This document shows positions 12,176-23,825 of a DNA stretch of 64,000 bases, one piece after another (the first letter of the stretch is position 1; each line of letters starts with the position of its first letter). Position numbers and translations under genes: made by a program. The notes below the pieces were generated by a model, which searched no databases, was not told where the DNA came from, and worked only from the letters and a program-made list of their open reading frames with translations. Source of the stretch: Hormiphora californensis (lineage: Eukaryota; Animalia; Ctenophora); assembly GCA_020137815.1 (NCBI GenBank), contig CM035354.1, positions 8,494,001 to 8,558,000 on the forward strand, read 5' to 3'.

Positions 12176-15100
12176 ATGAATCGAGAAAATTCCAATTTTT
12201 TTCGGAGGGTTAAAACTTTCAGTGAGGATGAAATCGTGGCTGCTTGTCGGACAGGAGACTGTGAGAAACTGTTATCAGCCCGAGGAAAATTTGAACCAGA
12301 CAAGTTTCTTGGGGAAGCTGCGTCAGCAGGTCAGATAGAGGTTTTAGATTACCTGATAACGGAGGGTGCTCGCGACTTTTCCCAGGCCATCGAGTTTGCA
12401 GTTCAAAGTGGGCGGTGTGAGGTGGCCTCATTTCTCATTCTTTGTTCGCACTGTACACATGTTGACTCAAATGCTGTACAGAATTTTGTACATCTTGGTG
12501 GCGAAATACATCAGTCTGTTGATTCTGATAGACTGTCTGAGTTTGTTTTTCTTTCAAAGTTTAACTTGCCCATCTTGATATCACTCGTCGAAGAGGGCAG
12601 AGGGACAGCCGGAACTGATGGAGACGTTGATGACTGCCTGTGGTTTCTTCTCATCACTCGTCAGTATAACCATCAAATGGTGTGGCAGAACCTCGGCCTT
12701 ACTTACATATCTGATCGATGGCAGTTTGAAACCATGGCAAACTCACTGACCGATCTCGATCTCTCTAAAAATCAGATAGGTCCTAGTTTGCCCTCATGTC
12801 TATCTAAATTGGTGAACTTGAATTATCTTAATTGCAGTGATAACAAGTTAACTGATTTACCGTTGTTTCTCTTCGAGATGACGCTTCATTCGCTCAACTA
12901 TTCTTACAATTCGGTCGATCGAATTCCTCACTGTTGCCCACAGTCTCTCCGATCCCTTAACTTAAACAGTAACAGAATCAGCTCTCTTCCAACATTCTTT
13001 GCACAGACTCGTCTACAAACACTGCAGCTATCAGACAATCCCATCTCAACGTTTCCTTCAGTTCTCTGTTCAGTAACCTCTCTACAGAAGCTAGAGCTTG
13101 AAGGGTGTAAGTTTTCAAATGTTCCAGATGAGTTAAGTAGATTGGAAGACTTACAGTATCTTACCCTTCCTAAAATCATGCGTCCAGCAAGCGCTACTCG
13201 GGCACTACCAAATCCTTCGCCACTTTTGCATCATCTAAAGGAAAAATTGTTTGACCTGAAACCTCTTTATGAGATGAAATTGGTGGTCGTTGGGAAGGCA
13301 GGTTCTGGTAAAAGTACATTGATTAGAAGATTGGGCAAAGATATCACTCGGAAACGAAACATCTCAACTGTTGGAATACATGTGACAAAACTAAAGATGC
13401 CCATACGAGACAATTCTATTCGGTTACCAGGGACAGTTAGTCGTGCTGTGACTTTTCATGTATGGGACCTGGGAGGTGTAGGTGCTCACAACCAATGTCT
13501 TCTCACACCTGCCTCTTTGTTTGTCATTGTGTTTTCCTTGATAGAGGATTCGGTGGTGGAGTTGAGGGAGTGGCTTGGCAACATTTCCATTAGAGCACCC
13601 AACAGTTCCGCAATCATCGTGGGAACACACAAGGACAAGCTGCCCTCTACGCAGGCAGTAGAAGAAAAACTAAATAGGGTGCTTGATCTCATTCATTGTT
13701 GGGGATTCGGCGGGAACGTGAGTGAAACAGTAAGCGTGAAACTCATTTCGAGTGTTAGTAACGAGCCGGAACATTTTAAGACAGTGGATATTTTGTCAGC
13801 TGAGTTGGTGAGAGTCGCCGGAACAATTGAGTGCAAAGTCGAGGGAAATAAGACTGTCAAAGCTCTAGGGAAAATGATCCCGAATAGCTATTTTGAGCTC
13901 ATGAGGAAGATTGTTATCCAGAAATCGTATTTTGATTCTTTGCATAAAGTGCCTGTTATCACCCAAACTGAGCTTTGGGACATAGTTAAGGAAGACTCTC
14001 TGCTTCAAGACATAGAGACAAACAACCAGTTAGCAGGAGCAGTGGATATTATGAAAAATCTTGGCATCCTTGTACATTTTAACGAGCCCTCTCTACAGTT
14101 CCAATACTTCCTGGATCCCTGCTGGTTATGCAACATGATGGAAATTGTAGTGAACCTTCATGAGGGTTATCCACACTTGGCTTCATCTGGTGGGATATTG
14201 GATCAGGGGGCAATAAGGCACGTGCTAAAAGGAAACACCGTCCTCCCTGATGAGCTATTTCCTCAGTATCTGAAGATTCTCAACAGATTTGAAATAGCAC
14301 TGAAAATCAATAAAGAGAAGCTGTTAGTGCCATCCCTGCTCCCTCATGTGTTGCCTTTTGCAGTACCCGGGGAAAAGCGTTACTTCGAGCGACAAATAAC
14401 CTTTAGTTCTTTACCTTCGGGACTAATGTATCGGCTTCTTGTGGCTGCTATTAAGCACATCTTCTCCGTTGCACCTTTACTACAGGACGTACCCGCTGAA
14501 GAGAGTGACCAGACTACGGATGAGAGTGACCGGACTATGAGCATTTCAGAAGTATCTCTGCAGTCACTGCTAGGAACTGCAGGAAAAATGAATCTTACGT
14601 TGGGGCATGAATCATCCGAATTTACTGAGATTCTAAAATTTCTGAAGATCTGGAGTCGCGGGTTATCTTTCTGCCACCCATCTCTTCATCTTTTCATCAT
14701 TCCGTTAGAGGTTGGGTATAGGGAGGGTTTTGATATTGTTGTCTCCAATAATTCCATGGGATCCGCTGCGTTGTGTCATCTGGTTGACAATGTCTCCACT
14801 CTACTTGATGACTGGTATCTAGCACGTTTTTCACGGGACGTGGATAGTGACAACCGGGTCGAGCAACACGTGCCCTGTCCCAGCTGCCATCGCCATACCT
14901 TCCCCTATGAGGAGTGTGTGGCTGCCCTGGGTATCACTGACCATATCCTCTGTCCCGAGGAAAGTGATCTAAAGATACCCCTGTCTGATATTGTACCTGA
15001 CATCTTTCTTAGTGATCTGGATGATCTGTACCTCGCAGGGGACTTACTGTTCTCTGAGTCTCCTGATTCACTTCTGGGCAAGGGCACATTTGGTTGTGTG

Positions 15101-16939
15101 TATCTGGGAGAGCATATGGGAGTTAAAGTGGCTATCAAAACATTCAACAGCATTCCTGGGTACCCCGAGGGAGCTTATTTAGATTTAAGAAGAGAAGTTA
15201 GTATCCTAAAAAAGATGAGTAACCCCTGTCTAGTGAAAATGATAGCTGTTAAACTGCGTCCGCGACCCTGTATGGCCATTGAATATGCTCCTGGTGGGGA
15301 CCTTGCTGACAAAATAAAACCTGGCGTTGTTCTCCCACGAGTACTCCTTTACAAAGTCATCCACCAAACATCGTGTGCATTGGCCTACCTCCACCGACAC
15401 CAGGTTATCTACAGGGATTTGAAACCCTCCAATATTTTGATTTTCAGTATGGATGTTCGTGTTTCACCAAATGTCAAATTGTCAGACTATGGTATCGCAG
15501 GAGAGGGGATGGGAGCTAAGGGTTTTCATGGTACTCCTGGATACCAAGCACCCGAAATGCTACTCTACTTTGGCACGGAAGAGTACACTACTGCCGTTGA
15601 TGTTTACTCATTTGCATTTCTCATCTACGAAGTTATGTGCAGGAGCTATCCATACAGTGGCCAGCACAGAGTTGATATTTCGCAACAAGTAATAGCAAGC
15701 CAGAGACCTCATCATTACAGAACAGTTCCTGTTTGCAGAATGGGGCTTTGGAACCTAAAGAAAGAAATGGAAAGATGTTGGGCTCAAGATCCTGAATTAA
15801 GGCCTACCATGGTTGATATTTGTAAGAGAGTCTCCCATCCTGGGTTTCTCATGCATATGGGTTATACGGTTCTTTCTGGTTTACCCCCTACCGCATCATA
15901 CTACTTGCCCTCCTCTAGTGAACTCATTATTCTTTCTGACACGGTTACTACTATAAACCAGGCATTGGAGGTAACTATCCTGCCCGATTCACTTGAGAGG
16001 TATAAGAGTTGTCTTGGTGTTGTGTTACACCGTGATCTCCTTATTGCCCTTGTGTCCACAAACTACTGCCGATCCTTACTGAAGTTCCATACTGAACCAG
16101 AGTTGTCCCTGTTCGGCATCGAGGAGACACAAGTAACGGCCATTGCTGCATCAACAGATTTCCTTGTGGTTGGTGGACAAAAAGGTTCGATAAAAAAGAT
16201 TTTGGCGGATGATCTTATTGAAATTGTTCTTGGTAAGACAATACTGGATACAGACCGAGACATTTTGCAGATTCTAGTGGACGAGCGAACAAGTGAAACA
16301 GAAACTGTTGTTGTTGCACATAACAGTCTTATTGGGTCCAACACCACAAAAACATTCGCAGTAGTCCAGCTGATAGCCCTAACTGATGTTGAAATATTTA
16401 TATTAACGTCGGCTTTTCAGCAAATATCAAAGTTTCAATTCGGTATCCCCTCACCAGGACGTGTGCTCTGTGTATCGATCCAGTCGAAGGTTTTTATGAC
16501 ACATTATGGGAAGAAGTATGTAGATGTGTTCGATTTGGTAAAACAAAAGAGGTGTTCAAAGAGGTTGGACGTCGAAGCATGCAGTGCATTGGATACAACT
16601 AGCCGAACTCTTTGGGTTGGAACACAATTCGGTTCAATTTATATTTTCTCTTCAAAAAGACCCTTTAACCTCATCACAAGAATCAGACCATGTTCTGGGG
16701 AAATCTTTACTATCCTTCCTTTTTATCCCACATGGAAGCTCGAAAGCTTATCCGTTCACACCATGGTCTTCGTTTCTGGTAAAGGGAAGTTTGCTGACTT
16801 TTCACGGAGCAATTCTGATCTTCCACAAAACTCTAGGGGTGATTTGGGAGATGGCATTTTTGCGTTTATTTTTGAAGAACCTTCCGCTGGTGTGCTTGAA
16901 GAGTTTGAATCTCTATCGAAAGAGAACGGGCTTCTTTAG
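12176..16939 (+). CDS. LRRK-like Roco protein kinase (ankyrin-like, LRR, Roc GTPase, COR, kinase, WD40-like tail); intronless CDS
   Basis: 1587-aa ORF with LRRs (LDLSKNQI, LNLNSNRI), P-loop GKAGSGKST, IIVGTHKD, COR motif YFLDPCWLC, and kinase motifs GKGTFG/VAIK/YRDLKPSN/DYG/GTPGYQAPE. Confidence 0.93.
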   Translation: MNRENSNFFRRVKTFSEDEIVAACRTGDCEKLLSARGKFEPDKFLGEAASAGQIEVLDYLITEGARDFSQAIEFAVQSGRCEVASFLILCSHCTHVDSNAVQNFVHLGGEIHQSVDSDRLSEFVFLSKFNLPILISLVEEGRGTAGTDGDVDDCLWFLLITRQYNHQMVWQNLGLTYISDRWQFETMANSLTDLDLSKNQIGPSLPSCLSKLVNLNYLNCSDNKLTDLPLFLFEMTLHSLNYSYNSVDRIPHCCPQSLRSLNLNSNRISSLPTFFAQTRLQTLQLSDNPISTFPSVLCSVTSLQKLELEGCKFSNVPDELSRLEDLQYLTLPKIMRPASATRALPNPSPLLHHLKEKLFDLKPLYEMKLVVVGKAGSGKSTLIRRLGKDITRKRNISTVGIHVTKLKMPIRDNSIRLPGTVSRAVTFHVWDLGGVGAHNQCLLTPASLFVIVFSLIEDSVVELREWLGNISIRAPNSSAIIVGTHKDKLPSTQAVEEKLNRVLDLIHCWGFGGNVSETVSVKLISSVSNEPEHFKTVDILSAELVRVAGTIECKVEGNKTVKALGKMIPNSYFELMRKIVIQKSYFDSLHKVPVITQTELWDIVKEDSLLQDIETNNQLAGAVDIMKNLGILVHFNEPSLQFQYFLDPCWLCNMMEIVVNLHEGYPHLASSGGILDQGAIRHVLKGNTVLPDELFPQYLKILNRFEIALKINKEKLLVPSLLPHVLPFAVPGEKRYFERQITFSSLPSGLMYRLLVAAIKHIFSVAPLLQDVPAEESDQTTDESDRTMSISEVSLQSLLGTAGKMNLTLGHESSEFTEILKFLKIWSRGLSFCHPSLHLFIIPLEVGYREGFDIVVSNNSMGSAALCHLVDNVSTLLDDWYLARFSRDVDSDNRVEQHVPCPSCHRHTFPYEECVAALGITDHILCPEESDLKIPLSDIVPDIFLSDLDDLYLAGDLLFSESPDSLLGKGTFGCVYLGEHMGVKVAIKTFNSIPGYPEGAYLDLRREVSILKKMSNPCLVKMIAVKLRPRPCMAIEYAPGGDLADKIKPGVVLPRVLLYKVIHQTSCALAYLHRHQVIYRDLKPSNILIFSMDVRVSPNVKLSDYGIAGEGMGAKGFHGTPGYQAPEMLLYFGTEEYTTAVDVYSFAFLIYEVMCRSYPYSGQHRVDISQQVIASQRPHHYRTVPVCRMGLWNLKKEMERCWAQDPELRPTMVDICKRVSHPGFLMHMGYTVLSGLPPTASYYLPSSSELIILSDTVTTINQALEVTILPDSLERYKSCLGVVLHRDLLIALVSTNYCRSLLKFHTEPELSLFGIEETQVTAIAASTDFLVVGGQKGSIKKILADDLIEIVLGKTILDTDRDILQILVDERTSETETVVVAHNSLIGSNTTKTFAVVQLIALTDVEIFILTSAFQQISKFQFGIPSPGRVLCVSIQSKVFMTHYGKKYVDVFDLVKQKRCSKRLDVEACSALDTTSRTLWVGTQFGSIYIFSSKRPFNLITRIRPCSGEIFTILPFYPTWKLESLSVHTMVFVSGKGKFADFSRSNSDLPQNSRGDLGDGIFAFIFEEPSAGVLEEFESLSKENGLL

Positions 16940-17009
16940 AGCACAATATTCATTACGTTGCACTTGCTTTTATATTGTAATTTTATTTTACAGCAATAAT
17001 TATACCAAA

Positions 17010-19735
17010 TTTAACTGAAGTTAGTTGGGCTAAAGATGGCCTTATGTAATATGATTTGGAGTACTTTTTTCACCTAAAAATTCATTCTTTAGTACTATCG
17101 GGTAGTACCTACTATAGATACTACTATCCAGTATAATGGTGAAAAAAGTCTGCAGTTCAAATGATATGGCAATCTGTCGCCCGACTAATTTTAATTAGAT
17201 TTGGTATGATTTTTCTCATTTCCCCTCCTGGGCGAATTTCGAAAACATAAATTTGAAGTCGCTTCAGCCCTCTCTAAACGCCACAATTAAACGCCATTGC
17301 AATTGATGCGGTAACTAGGTGGTCTGAGCTGCTAAAATTCATTCCAAAATATTCACAAATTTCCAGAAGAGTGAAAACCAGCTTTACTTGTCCGAGTGCA
17401 TAGAACTCGATCTGCACGTACAAGTCCTTCCCGTTCCCATCGCTGCTCGAACCGGCTCGAACCCCTATTTCGCACGGGAAAAGTGATAATTGTTGCACGC
17501 TAGTGTTGCAAGCTAGGATACTACATCACCCTCACGACGTTCATTTGCTCGTTTTAATATAGTTTGTTGGAGTTAGTCCCCCATCGATTACCAACACATT
17601 GACGCTCACTTTATTAGTCAGCCCCTGTTAATACAAAGGCTTCTAGACTGTTTTTTAGTAAAAAAACACCTTTTTGCACAATCTTGAGACGCTTTCCCCC
17701 ATAAATTTTACATTTCTTGACCGATTTTAAAAATCTTGGTCTCTTTACAATCAAGTCCTTACTAATTATCGATAGTAGATAATTACATAGACCCCTTCAA
17801 ATTGTTACAGTCACAAGAATCTCGTGAGATTTTCAAAACTTTTTCTCGTTGATTTCTGATTTTGTTTTGGCCGTCAAAAATTCAACCCAAATGAATGAGG
17901 TCCCGGTCGGAAAGTCGGAACACTTTCGAGATATTTTGATGTCTCAAAAACTGACCAAAATTTCTAAAATTGGTTTTTAAGGTACTTCTACTTATCTCAG
18001 GTACATAAAATTTTAGGAGTAGATAAACAAATGTATGAAAAATAATATCTGATAAGAAAAAAATACATTACTCAACCGCTGTGGATCATAGGACAATATT
18101 TATAAAATTCAACCTGCTGACTTCGTGTTAGCTTTTTCTAGGAATCTTTTTCAACAATGATATAGATAATCGTCTTGGTCACCTAGTAAACATTGGTTGA
18201 GTCGCTAAATACTCAACCAATGTGGATACACAAACACTTGAACTTCAGACAACAGGTAAAGGTCGAAACAAAGTTGAAAGTTTGAAAATATAAGTCTTAG
18301 TAAGTAGGAAATTGACCCAAGTTTTCATATTAGTTAAAACTGGAGCAAAATAAACACTCAACTCGTGTGGATAATCAATATAAAGAACCCAATTACGGTT
18401 TATTCATCAGAAAATGATCTTTTTGAGATAATATTAGGTCACAGATAGACATGTAACCTTACAAAACAGTCACACTGATTATCAGATAATTCTACTCAAC
18501 TGGTGTGGATAAAATCACTACCAAAACCAGCCACACGTCACAATTCTAACATATCCACACGAGTTGAGCGGATTTTGGGTACCAAATTGGGTAAGTTCCG
18601 TGCACAAGCGTTGGGGCTATCTATTGTAGTAACTTATTTGGTACAAACAGTTAACTCAACCTCTGTGGATAAGTTTTTCTGACAAAATTTGATTTTTATC
18701 CACACTAGTTGAGTCATGTTGGATCCCCTTATTGATAATTAAGACTACTGATCTAATCCACATCGGTTGAGCAACACTTTTGAGTTCTAAATTCCTATAA
18801 TTATCCACAATTTGAGTCGTAGTTGCCACCAAAAGATAGTGAAAATAATGATTTAAAGTAGTGATCACAAATATCCACACGAGTTGAGCAGATTTTGAGT
18901 ACCAAATTGGGTAAGTTACGTGCACAAGCTTTGGGGCTATCTATTGTAGTAACTTAATTGGCACAAATAGTAAACTCAACCTCTGTGGATAAGTTTTTCT
19001 GAAAAAATCTGATTTTTATCCACACTGGTTGAGTGATGTTGGATCCCCTTATTGATAATTAAGACTATTGATTGAATCCACATCGGTTGAGCAACTCTTC
19101 TGAGTTCTAATTCCTAAAATTATCCACAATTTCAGTCGTTAGTTGCCAGCAAAAGATAGTGGAACTAATGATTTAAAGTAGTGATCACAAATAAGCTTAT
19201 CCACAGCAGTTGAGTCAGTTTTGAGCACCAGTAATTAGTCAAATAGATGCCGAATCGATTGGCGAACTGATTAAAATCAATCTGAAGCCGAAATAATGTC
19301 CCTAATCCATGGTTGAGTCGCTTTTTTACTAGAAAATGGATAATTATCCACATTGGTTTAGCATTTTTTCTTTCTTTGTAGTGTCAAAATAGGTGTAATA
19401 AGATCCAGAATTATCCACAAAAGTTTCAGGACCATACCATTTATCCACTTTGGATGAGCACCGTTATCCACACAAAAATTATCCACACACTTTGAGGCCT
19501 TGTAAAATAAAGCAGAAATGAGCTTTAATGTTCTAGTTTTCATATTCGTAATTTAGAGATAATTTCGGGTGGATAACAATACTCAACCAAGCAAAAGTAC
19601 TATATTTAGCACAAATTATTGTACTTTTTTAAAAATTGGTAAAAGTGTTCCGACTTTCCGACCGGGTCCATGAATTGAAGCAACTGCGTTTCTGACATCA
19701 CTTTTGACCAACTTTGCTCTTGCCAGCGCAGTGAT
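17010..19735 (+). mobile_element. HINE family A copy (degenerate) hosting a nested TIR element
   Basis: 5' degenerate hairpin (aactgaagttagttgggc...gcccgactaattttaatt) and the family 3' end TTGCCAGCGCAGTGAT at 19720-19735. Confidence 0.55.
17899..19669. mobile_element. Non-autonomous TIR element with an array of CTCAAC-N3-TGTGGAT motifs
   Basis: TIR GG(T/A)CCCGGTCGGAAAGTCGGAACACTTT at both ends, an imperfect atgaat.. flanking duplication, and an internal ~320-bp tandem duplication. Confidence 0.75.
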
Positions 19736-19908
19736 TACTTGGAAAGTTTGTAGTGATTTTCACGTGACAAATATGCAGATGCATTTCTTTCTATCTTTTT
19801 GTTTTTATAATGTACTAACTGACAATACTGGTAATATTTGGGTCAATTCTTTATTTCTCATATTCTATAACTAATCTCCACCTTTCCCTTTCTAGCACAA
19901 TCAAAACT

Positions 19909-20406
19909 ATGGCCACAGCTATGTCCGGAGGCGCACCCCCCATGCCTTACAGTCTATTCCTTGGATTCGTCCATCGCAACATCCCTCCGCTTGGTTTTCC
20001 AGTAACCGAAATGCATGTCACTGGTGCGTTCTGGGGCCTGGCTGCTTTGTGGACAGCTACTGACTTCTATGGAACGTCCCTCTTGGTAACAGTCCTCTCC
20101 CTGGTTTACCCTGCCTGGATGAGCTACAGAGCAGAGCTCACTGGCAAGTACCCTGTCCAATGGATCGCCTACTGGATCATCTTTGCTGCTGTCTACATGC
20201 TTGAATTCCTTCAATTCCTGGTTGAATATATTCCCATCTACCAAACCTTCAAACTGGCTTTCTTCCTTTGGTGCATGTATCCATGTGCCAATAACGGCTC
20301 AGTTCTCGTCTACAACAACGCTTTGAAGCCTGCTCTTGCCGCTCTCGACCAGTGGATTGGTTCCATGAAAAAGAAGCAGATTGTTGAGTTCCCCAAGGAC
20401 GATTAA
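19909..20406 (+). CDS. REEP/YOP1 (TB2/DP1, HVA22) family ER-shaping protein
   Basis: VYPAWMSYRA...QWIAYWIIFA...IPIYQTFKLAFFLWC..P..NGS..VY is the DP1/HVA22 signature. Confidence 0.88.
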   Translation: MATAMSGGAPPMPYSLFLGFVHRNIPPLGFPVTEMHVTGAFWGLAALWTATDFYGTSLLVTVLSLVYPAWMSYRAELTGKYPVQWIAYWIIFAAVYMLEFLQFLVEYIPIYQTFKLAFFLWCMYPCANNGSVLVYNNALKPALAALDQWIGSMKKKQIVEFPKDD

Positions 20407-20990
20407 AAAGTCAATAAGATCACGTGTGTGTGTGTTTCAAAATACTGTACAGGGCTTGTTTTGGTAGTGCTCAGGCGATTTTGTGACATGTTGTCTTAAC
20501 TTCCTAGCTTCTGAAACACTTGCGGTTATTAGGCATCTTTAGTAGTGAACTGCACTGGTACATGTGTTTCCATCATTATTGGTGTGAAGACATAAGAAGG
20601 AAGACAATGAGGTTGTTACAATATTGCCTCTTAGACGGTCGTGATTAAATGTGTTTTTTCAGATTTCTTCCCCCATCCCACTTCCCCTTTTCTTCATGTT
20701 TTATCTGTGTACAAATATTTATGGGAAAAATAGAGTCCCGATCCTATTTCCATACTATAGATTTCCTCTAGTTTACCTCTATCTAGGTTCGTCTTGCTGT
20801 AGAAAAATAAAGATTTTTGTATCTGGAACCTCTATTTCTAAAGAGGAATTTTGATTTCTCTTGTGTGCGGTATTATTATATGTACTTTATAAGAGCTACT
20901 TTACATTTAATCTTTGTGAATTCATGCGTCTTTTTAAAGGTGTTTTAAAAGTATATTAAAGTTCTACTGTATTTAGTAGACAGCTGAAAG

Positions 20991-22522
20991 ATGGCAGTGC
21001 ACCAAATGACTGTTGGGGAGATGTGTATGGGGTTGAAGAGCATTAACATGAGTGTCATTGTACTGCAAGTAGGTAAGTGAGAGGTGCAGATGCCCGGATT
21101 TTAAAGAAAGTTTCATTAGACTCTATAGCCCACGGAAATGAATAACGTGGGCCGTTATGCGTGTTACCGGTAGTTTCAGGAACATAGCAAGTAGGAAAAG
21201 CGCTTTGCACATAATTTTATGCTACCATTGTGTGGGGCAGGACTTGTTTTGATCGTGAACCACATATATGTAGCGCGGTCTGGATGTGTAAGGATATCAA
21301 TTGTAAATCACGGCATATTATTGTTATCCTGATCTTGTGATCCCTGCACGATAATAGCTATCTCGTGCTGTTATACGGTCGGTCGGGGTCGATAATCAAT
21401 AACCTATCGTACAGGCTTGGTCATGTGTGTGGGTGTTGTGTATGAAGTGAGCGTGCCAGGGAATAAGTCGCATTGTTAGCAAAATACATGAAATAAGAGC
21501 CATGCAAAAGTACACACTTTTCAGATCCACCCACTGCATTGAAAGGAGGACAGAAAGTGAGCAATTGCAGGGTTTCCGACCATACAGGATCAGTAGACCT
21601 CTCACTGTGGAGTCCAATGTGTGAAGTTGTTCAGGTAAACTAGACAGAGGGAAGGGAGAGCTCAAACATTCATACTGACGTACGGCCTACTATGTAGATA
21701 AATGTCAGGTATTACCTAGTGTTTTGTAGATCTCCCACCCTGGCCGGGGGAACAAAACATACAGTCGATATGCAAAGCAAATAGGATCTGTCAGAAAAAT
21801 ATTATATATATATCTTGATGCGTCTTTAATTTCAGGAGTCAGACATTTTGCAGCTTAAAAATTGCTACACGGGAGTTTATAACAACAGTCTTGTTATTTA
21901 TGTGGGCAATTACGGAACTGTCGCTAAGATCGGAGAGTAAGTTGCTGTTTTTATTGCTGAGCGGAAAAGTTGTCATATACCCGCCTGGTATATAATTAGA
22001 GCCTGTGTGATTTTCTTGTGCTCTCTTTTCGGAGCGTGTTCGTCTACACATTGCGCGTCGCGGGTGAACGTCGAACGAGCTAACCCGGGTGAACGAGCTA
22101 ACAATAGTGAACTTACATGCGATATACTGCATCGCGCGCATGTAATTGCACTATTGTTAGCTTGTTCACCCGGGTTTGGTACAGCCTGCGACGCGCAATG
22201 TTGAGACGAACACGTTCCGAAAATGCAGGATTATGGCTACCCCCTCCCCCATTGGGTTTCAAATTGGTTCTTTGATCGAGTTCTTAATCCATGCCTCTCT
22301 TCATGTAGAGCGTGGATTGATTGATTGCGTTAAAACGTTCACAATCGCTCACTCCTTTCTAGATACTATTTATTTGCACATTATAACGGTGATCCATTTA
22401 GGTTTAATATGGTGTACAGAGAACTTCCTAACATGAGCTTGAAGTTACCAGAACTGAAGGAGCAGGCCCCTCCAAACATACGGCCCCGTTCAAACAACAA
22501 CCGGTCAGTATTCTGAATTATC

Positions 22523-22615
<93 letters not shown>

Positions 22616-22882
22616 TTCTCTCTCTCTCTCTGTCTCTCACACACAATCCTGGGTGGGATGTTCTGATCCTGGATAGGGTTATGTGATCTGATTTGATGAC
22701 GGATATTTTTGGCCTAATTAAACTTACCTGGTGTATTAATTGATTGCCTAGCTAGACTGTGTTTTGTTAAAATAATCATTTGTTACAGGGGTTACGGTGG
22801 AAATGTTAACGCAAACAACAACAACTCTTATCGGGGCCGTAGACCCCCCTACCAACGTCCGCCGCCACCATTCAACAGATGA
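20991..22882 (+). CDS. NABP: SOSS complex subunit B / NABP (hSSB-like OB-fold ssDNA-binding protein), 5 exons, missed by the ORF track
   Basis: Exons 20991-21072, 21525-21634, 21836-21936, 22402-22503 and 22789-22882 splice in frame to MAVHQMTVGEMCMGLKSINMSVIVLQVDPPTALKGGQKVSNCRVSDHTGSVDLSLWSPMCEVVQESDILQLKNCYTGVYNNSLVIYVGNYGTVAKIGEFNMVYRELPNMS..., which resembles the hSSB1/2 OB fold (KIGEFCMVYSEVPNFS). Confidence 0.88.
22018..22231. mobile_element. Palindromic MITE; inverted second copy at 61367-61570
   Basis: cggagcgtgttcgtct...agacgaacacgttccg with an inner hairpin gctaacaatagtg...cactattgttagc. Confidence 0.8.
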
Positions 22883-23216
22883 TGTTTTGATCTGATGACG
22901 TAATTCATACGGGAGACTGTTTTTGAAGTGTTCTCTAAGTCATCAAACATACTGTGTCACATGACTAAAAGTTTGCAACGTACTGAACATTCGAAGCCAT
23001 TATCTCTCCAGACTATATTATATTACTGAACATAATACATAATATAATTTTGTACGTGGTTTTTATCACAACTTAATAAAATATTTTATCTGCCCTCGTG
23101 TCCGCTCCCCCCTCTCTCTATATATTTTGCTATCTATCTCTCTCTATCTATCTCGGTGTCATTCATTAGCAGCCCGGTACTCACACTACCACTCCACTCC
23201 ACGTTGTAGCGGTGGG

Positions 23217-23788
23217 ATGAGTGGCAAGGAAATACCCGAGTTCCTACTGGAGAATGATGAGATAGATCGTATGATAGAAGAAAGGGCGGGCGCCTTCAAC
23301 CTTACCGGCACCAACATCAGAAATATTCTTTATGTAAGTCCCATGGGTGGGCATGTCAGCTGAATGGGCATTTTTTGAACACAATATGTATGATCCCGGA
23401 TAACCAAGATAGTTCGAATTATATTCGGGATCATTGTGCAATGGTAGGCGAATTGTAGTGCTAACGGACTCTATATCTAAACCCAAGGAGGACTCTATAT
23501 GGATCTAACCCTAACCTTTACCCTAACCCCTAACCTCGAACCCAAATAACGGCCCTAACACTTCTAAATGAGTATAGAGGCACAGCAAACTCTCGTTTTC
23601 GAGTTCGCTTTTCATGATTTTAGCACTAGAGTTCGCACAACTTGTGCAATTTCTCTACATTACATAATTTCTAGTTTTTTGGTTTTGAAATCTCCTACTC
23701 CCCTTTTCCTAGCAGACCACACGTTTGAGCCAAATCTTTGCACAGGAAGCATTGTAAGACACACACAGTTGGTAATACCACCAGCACT

Positions 23789-23825
<37 letters not shown>

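Noticed and set aside
18690-19490. Many TTATCCACA (bacterial DnaA-box) matches suggesting an oriC
   Set aside because: The context is eukaryotic and inside a TIR element, the matches are half of a longer bipartite repeat motif, and no bacterial genes are nearby.
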